IMG/VR virus record: IMGVR_UViG_3300045597_000172
Strand: one strand, 5' to 3'
Length of the DNA stretch: 64,000 nucleotides
Origin: a virus
Lineage: Duplodnaviria > Heunggongvirae > Uroviricota > Caudoviricetes
The position numbers were made by a program, and so were the translations under genes. Positions 43,907-52,860 of the stretch are shown piece by piece (position 1 is the first letter of the stretch; each line of letters begins with the position of its first letter). Below the pieces are notes generated by a model. The model did not search any database. It saw only the letters and a program-made list of their open reading frames with translations, and had not been told where the DNA came from.

Positions 43907-44260
43907 ATGTATAAACCAATCAGTCAAACTAAAAAGTTAATCACCATTGTAAATTCGGCGGATACAAGAGTAACCAAAAAAATATTTTCCAAATCTCAAT
44001 TTTTAAAATCACTTCAATCAAATAAATCCATTCAAACATTATATGATATGGATGACATTACAGACTTAACTAATGAAGCAATACAAGCATCAGATACCAT
44101 TGGTGATGGCAAAATTAAAAACCACAACGATCTTATCCAACATGCAGAAAAATGTTTCAATAAAAACGAATCACTAACAATCTTATATTTAGAGGAAGGC
44201 GCCGCAATCATCATCATTGTTGACACCTTAAATCTAAACGATTACGAAGATTGCGAATAA
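43907..44260 (+). CDS. hypothetical protein
   Basis: ORF of 117 aa with gaaaggactatacA-ATG RBS. Confidence 0.35.
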   Translation: MYKPISQTKKLITIVNSADTRVTKKIFSKSQFLKSLQSNKSIQTLYDMDDITDLTNEAIQASDTIGDGKIKNHNDLIQHAEKCFNKNESLTILYLEEGAAIIIIVDTLNLNDYEDCE

Positions 44261-44271
44261 GAAAAAACGTC

Positions 44272-44321
44272 TACCGAGTATTCTCTTGGATATTATTTCG
44301 GTTCGAATCCGAACTCGGTAA
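44272..44321 (+). ncRNA. mini tRNA-like element (50 nt: acceptor-like stem plus canonical T-arm)
   Basis: taccgag...ctcggta 7-bp stem. T-arm ttcgg-ttcgaat-ccgaa. Only 18 nt in between. Confidence 0.3.
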
Positions 44322-44385
44322 TAAAATCAGAAATTGATACTTGCAACATTTACCTCAATCTGATATTATATAACCAAGCAGTTTT

Positions 44386-44459
44386 CAGGATATAGCTAAG
44401 TTTGGTACAGCGCCGCATTTGGGATGCGGAGGTCACAGGTTCAAATCCTGTTATCCTGA
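44386..44459 (+). tRNA. tRNA-Pro (anticodon TGG)
   Basis: Acceptor caggata/tatcctg. Anticodon arm ccgca-ttTGGga-tgcgg. T-arm acagg-ttcaaat-cctgt. Confidence 0.7.
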
Positions 44460-44465
44460 TTTTCT

Positions 44466-44538
44466 GGGACATTAGCGCAATTGGGAGAGCATCTGCTTTG
44501 CAAGCAGAAGGTTGACGGTTCAAATCCATCATGTTCCA
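44466..44538 (+). tRNA. tRNA-Ala (anticodon TGC) with G3-U70
   Basis: Acceptor gggacat/atgttcc with the G3-U70 wobble. D-arm gcgc-aattggga-gagc. Anticodon arm tctgc-ttTGCaa-gcaga. T-arm gacgg-ttcaaat-ccatc. Confidence 0.75.
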
Positions 44539-44558
44539 TAGTTACAAATTTTTAAAAT

Positions 44559-44630
44559 GTGCTGTTACGCTCAATGGTAAACTACCGGTCTCCAAAACCG
44601 GTCATCTTGGTTCGAATCCAAGACAGCATG
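44559..44630 (+). tRNA. tRNA-Trp (anticodon CCA), second copy
   Basis: Acceptor gtgctgt/acagcat. Anticodon arm ccggt-ctCCAaa-accgg. T-arm cttgg-ttcgaat-ccaag. Same architecture as 29534..29605. Confidence 0.6.
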
Positions 44631-44682
44631 TCAAAAAACCACAAATAGAAACCAAGGTGGTATACACGTCAATCAATTTTTC

Positions 44683-44709
44683 CGCCTTGTGATAAGCATG
44701 GCGGTTTTT
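44683..44709 (+). terminator. rho-independent terminator after the second tRNA cluster
   Basis: ccgcc-ttgtgataagcat-ggcgg followed by ttttt. Confidence 0.5.
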
Positions 44710-44734
44710 AAATTAAATAAAGGCGGTATCCATC

Positions 44735-45334
44735 ATGAATCTAAACAGTATTCTATGTATCATTGCATATCACAATGACGGACTACAAATTTTATTAGAA
44801 GAAAAAAATCAAAATTACGATCTGTTAAACAATCATGTTGATCAAAACTTGATTAATGATACAAAGAAATTCATTGACGAAAAATTCAACCTAAATCTAA
44901 GCACCAATCAAATTTCATTGTTACCGCCCCTACCGCAAATAAATAACAAAACTTTAAGTATACCTACAATCATTCAATTAACCTTAAATCAAGCCGTAAC
45001 ATGTGAAGACACATTCAAAAAAGAAAAAACCTTGGATTGGCATCCCTTCAAAACATTACCCGCCAAGCTAAACAACCGTGAGATAATTCAACAAACAAAC
45101 AGGTATCTTAACGAACAATACAAACTACATGAACTAACAGGGATCCATTATTTATTACCTCACCAATTTACAACACGTTCGCTTAGTGCATTGTTAAGTA
45201 ACTTGACAAATGACTTTATTAAGTATAATAATATCCGTAGAAAATTCGAAAATGAATTAGTCATTGTTAAGAAAGATCATTCAAAAAAAGGTCGACCCAT
45301 TACAATCTTTGAATACCGTAACACAAAAAAATAA
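44735..45334 (+). CDS. hypothetical protein
   Basis: RBS aaaggcggtatccatc-ATG. 199 aa. Confidence 0.4.
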   Translation: MNLNSILCIIAYHNDGLQILLEEKNQNYDLLNNHVDQNLINDTKKFIDEKFNLNLSTNQISLLPPLPQINNKTLSIPTIIQLTLNQAVTCEDTFKKEKTLDWHPFKTLPAKLNNREIIQQTNRYLNEQYKLHELTGIHYLLPHQFTTRSLSALLSNLTNDFIKYNNIRRKFENELVIVKKDHSKKGRPITIFEYRNTKK

Positions 45335-45405
45335 AAAACCATTTTTTGCTAATCTGAAAAATCAAAGATTAGCATTTTAATTTATAAAAGAAAGCAGGAA
45401 ATTTA

Positions 45406-45666
45406 ATGAATAACATTAAAAAGCAATACTACAAAATTACAAAATATGGACGATTATATAGTCGAATTGAAAAAAATCACTACGTTATAACATTTCACAA
45501 CATTGATCACCGTACTGAACCAGAACTACAAAAAAGCATTTATCCCAGCATAAATCTATTACAATCGGAATGTTTAACTAATAGAAAACTAATTAATGCT
45601 GCTAAAGCAAACCTAACATTCGAATCTGCAATTAATCAAACAAATGACATGGCCGTTATTAATTAA
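45406..45666 (+). CDS. hypothetical protein
   Basis: RBS aaagcaggaaattta-ATG. 86 aa. Confidence 0.4.
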   Translation: MNNIKKQYYKITKYGRLYSRIEKNHYVITFHNIDHRTEPELQKSIYPSINLLQSECLTNRKLINAAKANLTFESAINQTNDMAVIN

Positions 45667-46057
45667 TCGGCTATGCCTTTTTTATTTCCAAAAAAAATAC
45701 AAAGAAGATGATCTTATCAAATACGCACACTACTCAGAATTAACTGGCTTTCTACTTTACATTGCATTCGGAACAGGAATAATTATATGGACGTTCTTCT
45801 GTAATTCATTAACAACAGATAAACATCAAAAAAGACGCAACTTTATATATGGAGCACTTTCATGCTTATTTCTCGCCGGAGATATGGTTATTTGGTTAAA
45901 CTCGTGGGTATATCCGCCATTTGCAATGCCCTACGACAAAAACGGTGAGCAAACCACAATTTTTACGAATCTGTATGGCATCACCAATCTATTACAAACA
46001 ATATTATCTTTTAAAATAATTGCAAACAAACTAAAAAACAAACGAAAGGAAAAATAA
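45644..46057 (+). CDS. multi-TM membrane protein (start uncertain; track ATG overlaps upstream gene by 23 nt)
   Basis: Hydrophobic segments FLLYIAFGTGIIIWTFF and ALSCLFLAGDMVIWL. Confidence 0.35.
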   Translation: MTWPLLINRLCLFYFQKKYKEDDLIKYAHYSELTGFLLYIAFGTGIIIWTFFCNSLTTDKHQKRRNFIYGALSCLFLAGDMVIWLNSWVYPPFAMPYDKNGEQTTIFTNLYGITNLLQTILSFKIIANKLKNKRKEK

Positions 46058-46058
46058 T

Positions 46059-46232
46059 TATGTTCAAAAATCGAAAATCAAAACGTGAACCGATCTTCAA
46101 AAAGATTAAATACCAAACCGTAGAAACTGATCTTACAACTAAAACGTTGACACTAGTTGATCATCAAAAAAGTAGAAATTATTACAAAGATTTACATGAA
46201 ATCAAAATAAAAAAGCCGTTTAGGAAACCCTA
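46059..46232 (+). CDS. small basic protein (57 aa)
   Basis: Not in the ORF track. RBS aaaggaaaaataatt-ATG. Stop lies inside the bidirectional terminator. Confidence 0.3.
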
Positions 46233-46245
46233 AGCGGTTTTTATT
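46215..46245. terminator. bidirectional rho-independent terminator between convergent genes
   Basis: gccgtttagg-aaac-cctaagcggt flanked by aaaaaa on the 5' side and tttttat on the 3' side. Confidence 0.55.
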
Positions 46246-46703
46246 TAAACTAGGTAATCACTCACCGATTTAAACTTGGTTGGCGTTACCGTCATCACGT
46301 AATAAGGCCGATGCCATAATCTGGATAATCTCGGAACAGAGCCATTAGATGCAGTTGCTTTTAAAGACAAATCTGGATACTGGTTATTTAATTGATTAAT
46401 CAAATATTGAGCCGTAAACGTTACAAAACGATTAATATCTAATTTTGTCGGCGCAATAACTCTAAATGATAATCCATACGAAAATACCTTTGCATCTACA
46501 ATCCTAACTTGTGCATTAATCGCTCGTTCATCTAGCAACTGCATCAATGACTTTCTAACAGTCTCTGATTTAAAAAATGGCGTATTACCAACAGTCTTAT
46601 ATGCAATTATGTACTCTAAACCGGTCGAAGTTAAATCACGTGATAACGTTAAAACACCCTCATCTGAACTTGATTTCATAGTATCAATCCTCGCATTTAT
46701 CAT
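46245..46703 (-). CDS. hypothetical protein, the only clear minus-strand gene in the window
   Basis: 152-aa ORF. An internal Met9 start (46679) has a better RBS (gaggattgatact-ATG). No motif recognised. Convergent with upstream genes and divergent from the SNF2-like gene. Confidence 0.45.
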   Translation of the reverse strand: MINARIDTMKSSSDEGVLTLSRDLTSTGLEYIIAYKTVGNTPFFKSETVRKSLMQLLDERAINAQVRIVDAKVFSYGLSFRVIAPTKLDINRFVTFTAQYLINQLNNQYPDLSLKATASNGSVPRLSRLWHRPYYVMTVTPTKFKSVSDYLV

Positions 46704-46771
46704 AGATTTGTTAACATTTTTATTCTATAATAAGACTATAACATGCAATATCAAAAAAAACAAAAAAGTGG

Positions 46772-48091
46772 GTGAATATCATTTCTAAACGCATTAAATA
46801 TACAAAGCAAAAGAAAACAGAAATTGGCGCAAAAAAAATCTTCATTACATTACAAAAACATCCAATCGCAGTCGTGAACGTTGGAACTGGTGGCGGAAAA
46901 ACGTTTATGTCAATTCGAGCAATCGCAGCATACAAACATAACGCTCACATTCTAGTAATAACAACCCGCAAGCAAGTAGATTCACACGATTGGCCAGACT
47001 CGATTGATTCATATAATCAAGAAGTATCAGAAGCAAACTTAACATATACTGTTTGTACGTACGGCGCATTAAATTCAAAAAAACAACAATTGGAAATAGT
47101 TAAAGAACTTCTTGATCACCAAGATCAACCACTTTACGTGATTGCTGATGAAGCGCATCGCATTAAGAATCCAAGTTCAAAAAACTTTAAACACATTCAA
47201 AAACTAGCACAATTGCATAATCATGTTGGCACAATCTGCCTAACTGCGACACCTATCAGTGAATCATTGCTTGACGCACGATCATATTTAATTCTAGCCG
47301 GATTTTACCGTAATAAAACCCAATTCAACAAAGAACATGTGACTCGTTACGATGAATATTTCCAACCAATTACAAAAGATCGATCTGGACAAATACACAA
47401 CGAGTGGTTAAAAGATTATGAACTAATAATCAACCGATTAAAAGACATTCAAGTATATGTTCCGACAGACGATCTATTACCAAAAACAATCTATAAAGAA
47501 ATCAACTTTGAATACGATAAAGATACCCAAAAAGCATATCGTCAAATCAAAAAAGACTACTTAAACGGTGTTTATGAATCCGTCGCCGAAGCAAATGCAG
47601 CCCAACGACAATTTGTTGCTGAACATAACGAACAACGATGTGCATCATTATCCAAAATTATTGACGATCCATTAAGACCGTCCGGTCCAATCTTAATTTT
47701 TTATCAGTACAACGCAGAACTGGACAGTTTACTTGACTATCTACCAAACGCACATCCTGATTACAAAATTTTTGAAATAAATGGCCGTAATAAATATGAT
47801 TCGACCACGGTTCCACCAGAGAAATCATTATTTCTTTGTCAATACGTCGCGTCCGGTGAAGCGTTAAATGCGCAATGGTCACATGTTTCAGTCTTTTACG
47901 CACCGACATATTCTTGGGAAAAATTCAAGCAATCACGCGGTAGAAACGTTCGTGCTTACCAAAAAGGAACCACCTATCACATCCGGTTTGTTGTGCTAAA
48001 AACAATTAACGAACATTACTGGTATGATTTAATAGACAACAAAAAAGCATTCACCACAAATCTAATGACCGAATATTTAATGAAAGATTGA
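46772..48091 (+). CDS. SNF2/RAD54-family-like SF2 ATPase/helicase (compact, 439 aa)
   Basis: Motif I VVNVGTGGGKTFMSI. Motif II VIADEAHRIKN (the DEAH-R-[IL]-KN SNF2 signature). Motif III ICLTATPISESLLDA. Confidence 0.6.
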   Translation: MNIISKRIKYTKQKKTEIGAKKIFITLQKHPIAVVNVGTGGGKTFMSIRAIAAYKHNAHILVITTRKQVDSHDWPDSIDSYNQEVSEANLTYTVCTYGALNSKKQQLEIVKELLDHQDQPLYVIADEAHRIKNPSSKNFKHIQKLAQLHNHVGTICLTATPISESLLDARSYLILAGFYRNKTQFNKEHVTRYDEYFQPITKDRSGQIHNEWLKDYELIINRLKDIQVYVPTDDLLPKTIYKEINFEYDKDTQKAYRQIKKDYLNGVYESVAEANAAQRQFVAEHNEQRCASLSKIIDDPLRPSGPILIFYQYNAELDSLLDYLPNAHPDYKIFEINGRNKYDSTTVPPEKSLFLCQYVASGEALNAQWSHVSVFYAPTYSWEKFKQSRGRNVRAYQKGTTYHIRFVVLKTINEHYWYDLIDNKKAFTTNLMTEYLMKD

Positions 48092-48109
48092 CTAAAGGAG
48101 CCTTGAACA

Positions 48110-48316
48110 ATGATAAAAAAACTTAGTAAAATTAAAAATATAGAGTATTACATCCTATACACAATATTAGCAATTACCGCAATTTATGATGGACTAATGA
48201 TCTACGGACTAATCAATTATTTTTGGATAACTTCCACATGGATTGGAATCCAACTCATCATCATGACAAATCTATCGATTCATTGGCTGAAAACCGCAGC
48301 AACATCAAAACATTAA
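48110..48316 (+). CDS. small two-TM membrane protein
   Basis: 68 aa. YYILYTILAITAIYDGLMIYGL and WIGIQLIIMTNLSIHWL. Followed by a GGCGCC-family terminator. Confidence 0.35.
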   Translation: MIKKLSKIKNIEYYILYTILAITAIYDGLMIYGLINYFWITSTWIGIQLIIMTNLSIHWLKTAATSKH

Positions 48317-48325
48317 CAACCGTAA

Positions 48326-48347
48326 AGCGCCAATTGGCGCTTTTTTT
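48326..48347 (+). terminator. rho-independent terminator, GGCGCC-stem family variant
   Basis: aagcgcc-aatt-ggcgctt followed by ttttttt. Confidence 0.65.
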
Positions 48348-48432
48348 ATTAAATGATAATGTGTCTACAACACATTACCAATAAAGTCGTTTAGGATGTC
48401 TAAAACTGATATTATAAAAACAAACTAAAAAA

Positions 48433-48756
48433 ATGAGGTATACAACCATGTCAAATACGACTTTACTAAACGAACTCATCAAAACATTCGAAAACAATCT
48501 CGCTAAGATAGAAAACGCTTCGACAAAAGAAATCAAACCCCAACATGAAAAACAATACATGGCCTTAGAAATTTACATCAAAAACGATGCTGTTGGATAC
48601 TTAGAAGTCATCAACCGTGAAATTCCAAAATTTCGATATGCTACATATGATGATCCATTTATTACGGAAACGAACATTTATACATACTACAAAATAATTG
48701 AAACACTGAAAAATTTATTTAACAGCTATGAACAAATACAACATGAATTAAAATAA
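48433..48756 (+). CDS. hypothetical protein
   Basis: RBS aaaaatgaggtatacaacc-ATG. 107 aa. Confidence 0.4.
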   Translation: MRYTTMSNTTLLNELIKTFENNLAKIENASTKEIKPQHEKQYMALEIYIKNDAVGYLEVINREIPKFRYATYDDPFITETNIYTYYKIIETLKNLFNSYEQIQHELK

Positions 48757-48775
48757 AACCAGAAAGGAACCTAAA

Positions 48776-49189
48776 ATGCTTAACTTACGATCAAACACAA
48801 AAAAAAGACAAAAAGCTCTCGCTTTCTGTCATGAAAATAAATTTAAAATTTGTCTATTTCAAACAACCAACATGTCACCATCAATACACTACGATTATCT
48901 AGGAAGATGCGTCACAATAAATGATCGTAACTATCTAGTAAAAGATCACGATGGCTATTACTGGTCACCAACAAAAAGTCAGTATGAAAACGACTATTAC
49001 TTCGATCAAGCAGTTTGGTTTGATTCAATCCCCGATGTCATAACCTTTGTAACCAATCTAATTTCAAAAAACGAAATTAAAAATACAAATGTCGGAATTT
49101 ACAACTACTATACTGAACATTATGTTGGAAAATTTGAGACTTTCATCAAAGACTTAGAAACCTTAATCAAGAAAGGAATTTTATCATGA
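48776..49189 (+). CDS. hypothetical protein
   Basis: RBS gaaaggaacctaaa-ATG. 137 aa. Confidence 0.4.
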   Translation: MLNLRSNTKKRQKALAFCHENKFKICLFQTTNMSPSIHYDYLGRCVTINDRNYLVKDHDGYYWSPTKSQYENDYYFDQAVWFDSIPDVITFVTNLISKNEIKNTNVGIYNYYTEHYVGKFETFIKDLETLIKKGILS

Positions 49190-49827
49190 AATATTACGCA
49201 ATTAGATCTCCATTTAAGAAAATAGTAACAAGCTGGTTTGAATGCGAAAAATTAGTCAAAGGCGTTAGCGGTACGGAATTCAAATCGTTTCACACAATGG
49301 AAGAAGCTCAGGACTTTATTCACGGCGCTACAAGTAGTAAAACTTCAAAAGAAGATCAACAGAACGTCTTAGACCTACCCTACATCGGCACACGCGTCTT
49401 TGTAGACGGTTCATTTAACGCCCCGGCACATTTATACGGAGGAAGCGCAATCTTCATAGACGACAAACCAGAGCCATCTGTTATACAGACAATTCAATTC
49501 AACGGGAGCAATCCAGATTTCCTAAGATCAAGAAACATTTCCGGTGAAATCGGCGCAACTATTCGTGCTATTAACTATGCAATCAAAAAAAATATCAAAG
49601 AACTAACCATTATTCATGATTACGAAGGCATCGCCAAATGGGCTAATGGATTATGGAGAACCGATAAAACACCAATTGCAAGAGCATACAATGAATCTAT
49701 TGTAAATGCCACTCAAAACCACAACCTTAAATTAAAATTCATCTGGGTTAAGGGTCATACTGGCGTTAAATACAATGAACAATGCGATAAACTCGCAAAG
49801 GAAGCATGTGGTATTGGACTTAAATAA
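49186..49827 (+). CDS. ribonuclease HI with N-terminal hybrid-binding domain (HBD)
   Basis: N-terminal YYAIRSPFKKIVTSWFECEKLVKGVSGTEFKSFHTMEEAQDF (HBD/Cauli_VI-like). Catalytic FVDGS...E...D...VKGHTGVKYNEQCDKLAKEA. Overlaps the upstream stop (ATGA). Confidence 0.7.
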   Translation: MKYYAIRSPFKKIVTSWFECEKLVKGVSGTEFKSFHTMEEAQDFIHGATSSKTSKEDQQNVLDLPYIGTRVFVDGSFNAPAHLYGGSAIFIDDKPEPSVIQTIQFNGSNPDFLRSRNISGEIGATIRAINYAIKKNIKELTIIHDYEGIAKWANGLWRTDKTPIARAYNESIVNATQNHNLKLKFIWVKGHTGVKYNEQCDKLAKEACGIGLK

Positions 49828-49836
49828 GCAATAGAA

Positions 49837-50067
49837 ATGGAAAGATTAACGATGAATACACTAGACATTGAAATTAAAATAACCGATAAAAACATTGCCG
49901 CAACAAAATACAAAATTAGCAAAATTGCAAATCGCGTTTCATATGACTGGTTATTAAATGACGTAATGTTTGCATCAGTAACTCCTGCTCAATTTTCAAG
50001 AATAAAAAAATTAAATGTCGATACCAAAATTGATAACAAAACAATCCAAACAACTACAAAATATTAG
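49837..50067 (+). CDS. hypothetical protein
   Basis: RBS aatggaaagattaacg-ATG (track start 49837). 76 aa. Confidence 0.35.
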   Translation: MERLTMNTLDIEIKITDKNIAATKYKISKIANRVSYDWLLNDVMFASVTPAQFSRIKKLNVDTKIDNKTIQTTTKY

Positions 50068-50084
50068 AAAGGAACACTAAGAAT

Positions 50085-50531
50085 ATGCGTGAGCTGATCA
50101 AAATTCAAAAAAGTTATAAACCAGACAAGCAAACACTTTTCCAATTATATCGCCGATCAAGCATTACAAAAAAAGAACTTTCGTATATCGAATTCGGAAA
50201 AGCGATTGATAAAACTACCTTAATTGTTGCAAAGAACGAAAAAAATAAAATTGTTGGATTCAGCGCATATTACCACAATTGGGGATTTATTTACTTACTA
50301 TATGTTGATCCAAACTATCAGAATCACGGAATCGGAAATAGTCTAATTAAAAAAATCATTCAACTAAGAAGACATAATCGTTACGGACATACTATCAGAT
50401 TACTTTGTGCTATCGAAAATAAATCCGCTCAAAAATTTTATCAACACTTTGGATTTAAAAACAAAGAAACTGTCAAAGGAAACATGTCAGATTGTGTCTT
50501 ATTTATGTACAACCCAAACGAGGAGCTATAA
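50085..50531 (+). CDS. GNAT-family N-acetyltransferase
   Basis: VGFSAYYHNWGFIYLLYVDPNYQNHGIGNSLIKKI (motif A Q/RxxGxG/A). 148 aa. Confidence 0.6.
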   Translation: MRELIKIQKSYKPDKQTLFQLYRRSSITKKELSYIEFGKAIDKTTLIVAKNEKNKIVGFSAYYHNWGFIYLLYVDPNYQNHGIGNSLIKKIIQLRRHNRYGHTIRLLCAIENKSAQKFYQHFGFKNKETVKGNMSDCVLFMYNPNEEL

Positions 50532-50533
50532 CG

Positions 50534-50926
50534 ATGAAATCAATTAAGAAAGACACCCAAACTGCACTTTATGAATTGCTTACCCAAACCATCAACAATG
50601 CAAAACAAAAAGAAGTTGATACAAAAAAAGATATTTTAGTCGGAATTCAAAAATATCACAAAAGCTATATAATTATCGTAATTGAAAACAAACGGAAAAA
50701 TAAACGCGTAATGTCTAGTTACGTAATCAATGCGAATCAAGTAACATTAATGCCAACTAACATTCAAGATTTAGACATATTTTACACAGACGACGAAGTC
50801 AAACATGGTAAAAATCTAAAAAATGGAAAACCTATTACCAAGATGAACATCGATTTTGAACTTCACCCCAACTGGATAAAAAAACAAATCAACAAATTAA
50901 GATCAAAATTCACAAAACTAACATAA
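50534..50926 (+). CDS. hypothetical protein
   Basis: ATG at 50534 with RBS aacgaggagctataacg, preferred over track start 50492. Confidence 0.4.
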   Translation: MKSIKKDTQTALYELLTQTINNAKQKEVDTKKDILVGIQKYHKSYIIIVIENKRKNKRVMSSYVINANQVTLMPTNIQDLDIFYTDDEVKHGKNLKNGKPITKMNIDFELHPNWIKKQINKLRSKFTKLT

Positions 50927-50951
50927 ACCCACTACGAAAGAAGGACTTGCT

Positions 50952-51854
50952 ATGCCAGATTGGGCATATACCAAAATAACTGCACCCACCAATGAAAAAT
51001 TCAAGAAAATACTTACTGCACTCAGTCCAACAAATCAGCCTGAATACAAAGATCCAAAACTTAACAACCTAATTCCAATGCCGCCTGAACTACATCTAAA
51101 TTACAGTCACAACAGTAACGATTTAATCGAAATCTATTGTTTATCACTCCTACTTGCCGCAATTAAAGCACGCCTTACTAACAATCAATCAGAGTTTAAT
51201 AAAATCAAAAACAGATTGGATAAATTTACAGCATATACAAGATCAAAAAACACGCACGGTCTATTGCCGCATCGACTTGGCGATCTAAGCAATGAAATCA
51301 ACCAATCCGATCTCAAAACTAGAACTCGTGAAATTGAACAGTTATTAAACGACAATTTTTCAAATGCAATCAAAAACATTTATCACGATCCTAAATCTAA
51401 TCGAACACCAGCTGAAGACTTAATTTTAAATACCTTATCATCACTGGAATCAAGCCAAAAAAGAATTAAGATTGAGGAATTCATTAAAGCTTACAAGTTA
51501 GATTCATCGCTGACCTATTATTTCGAACCAAGTATTAATTACCATGACAAAAAACTCCTAAAACTTTTATATCAAATCGGAGAACGCTACTTCAACAATG
51601 TCTACGAACATGAAGCACTTTCGTGGTATGATTGGCGTCTTCTAAATTGGGGAACTAAGTGGGATCTTGTCAATGTGAAAATAGACAACAAAAACTTCAA
51701 CATTGAATTTCAAACTGCATGGAGTATTCCAGAAAATGGACTAATCGCATTAGCAAAACGTTGCGGAGAAATAACAATTTACATTTCCTACGAAACAGAC
51801 GATCCTGAAGATGAACCAGAAAAACATACCGTAACCGAAACCGAACTCATATAG
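50952..51854 (+). CDS. hypothetical protein
   Basis: RBS gaaagaaggacttgct-ATG. 300 aa. Confidence 0.4.
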   Translation: MPDWAYTKITAPTNEKFKKILTALSPTNQPEYKDPKLNNLIPMPPELHLNYSHNSNDLIEIYCLSLLLAAIKARLTNNQSEFNKIKNRLDKFTAYTRSKNTHGLLPHRLGDLSNEINQSDLKTRTREIEQLLNDNFSNAIKNIYHDPKSNRTPAEDLILNTLSSLESSQKRIKIEEFIKAYKLDSSLTYYFEPSINYHDKKLLKLLYQIGERYFNNVYEHEALSWYDWRLLNWGTKWDLVNVKIDNKNFNIEFQTAWSIPENGLIALAKRCGEITIYISYETDDPEDEPEKHTVTETELI

Positions 51855-51935
51855 AAAGGATGATCGAGATGTTCAACATCAGAAAAAAATTACAGCACTG
51901 GTAAGTACCATAAAAAATACTAAGGAAGTGCTACC

Positions 51936-52553
51936 ATGTCACAAAACATCATTAATCAATTTGCAATCATTAACGATAATTGCATTACATGCTACGATTA
52001 TCAAAATTTAGTTACTAAACTTGCCCTAGACATCAACCTGAAAGAAAAAATGTATGATGAATACTTGAACGATGTTTCGCAACTGCATTACCAAATTTTT
52101 CGAGTAAGTAATCCAATCGTAAAACAAAATAAATATGTAACCTATCAAGAAAGCACAAAGACAATTGATTTTGAAAAACTCAATCATGACATTTCTACAA
52201 AATTAAAAAACAAAGATTTCAGCAGTAATAATTGGACCGTATCTGAATTAAAAATACCTAGTCAGATTAAACACACACAATATCAAATTGAAAGACGTAA
52301 ATCACATAGTAATCAACACTTAAAAATTGGACGTGTTAATCATGCAGGACTTTATTCTTACTGTAAATACTGGATTCGATGCAACGACGTCATGAACGAA
52401 CCCATTCTCGAAAAAATTGATAAAAAAGTAATCAAACACCAACGACGGTATACAAAACAAAAACTAGAATGGTTTGATGAATGGGAAACATATACGGGTA
52501 AGAAATCAACCGGTTGGAAAAATACCAAACGTAAACATCAATACAAAAACTAA
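51936..52553 (+). CDS. hypothetical protein
   Basis: RBS actaaggaagtgctacc-ATG. 205 aa, Cys/His-containing. Confidence 0.4.
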   Translation: MSQNIINQFAIINDNCITCYDYQNLVTKLALDINLKEKMYDEYLNDVSQLHYQIFRVSNPIVKQNKYVTYQESTKTIDFEKLNHDISTKLKNKDFSSNNWTVSELKIPSQIKHTQYQIERRKSHSNQHLKIGRVNHAGLYSYCKYWIRCNDVMNEPILEKIDKKVIKHQRRYTKQKLEWFDEWETYTGKKSTGWKNTKRKHQYKN

Positions 52554-52570
52554 AGGAAAGGACATTTATT

Positions 52571-52843
52571 ATGTCAAACTGGAAAACTATCCTCGAAACT
52601 ACAACAATCAAAACAACGTCAAAAGAATTTCTCAACGGAAATCAATTAACAAAAACTCCATGGAAACGTGCATTAGAAATCATGCGAAATTATGACAACA
52701 TTGCATGGATTGACACATTTAAAACAAAAAACGAATGCTTTAACTACATTCAAAACGATGATTACTTATCAAAAGTATCATTAAAAAACATGCAACTATA
52801 TCAGATTACTGATCTTGAAGAAGTTTTACTAATTGTCTACTAA
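52571..52843 (+). CDS. hypothetical protein
   Basis: RBS aaaggaaaggacatttatt-ATG. 90 aa. Confidence 0.4.
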   Translation: MSNWKTILETTTIKTTSKEFLNGNQLTKTPWKRALEIMRNYDNIAWIDTFKTKNECFNYIQNDDYLSKVSLKNMQLYQITDLEEVLLIVY

Positions 52844-52860
52844 AGGAGATCTATTAACAA

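Noticed and set aside
46720-46935. 71-aa minus-strand ORF overlapping the start of the SNF2-like gene
   Set aside because: Overlaps the 5' end of a well-supported plus-strand gene. No RBS, and low-complexity Phe/Val-rich translation typical of antisense AT-rich sequence.
48110-48316. Two-TM 68-aa protein considered as a holin / lysis cassette
   Set aside because: There is no adjacent endolysin, amidase or muramidase gene, and the position is mid-genome among metabolism genes. Kept only as a small membrane protein.
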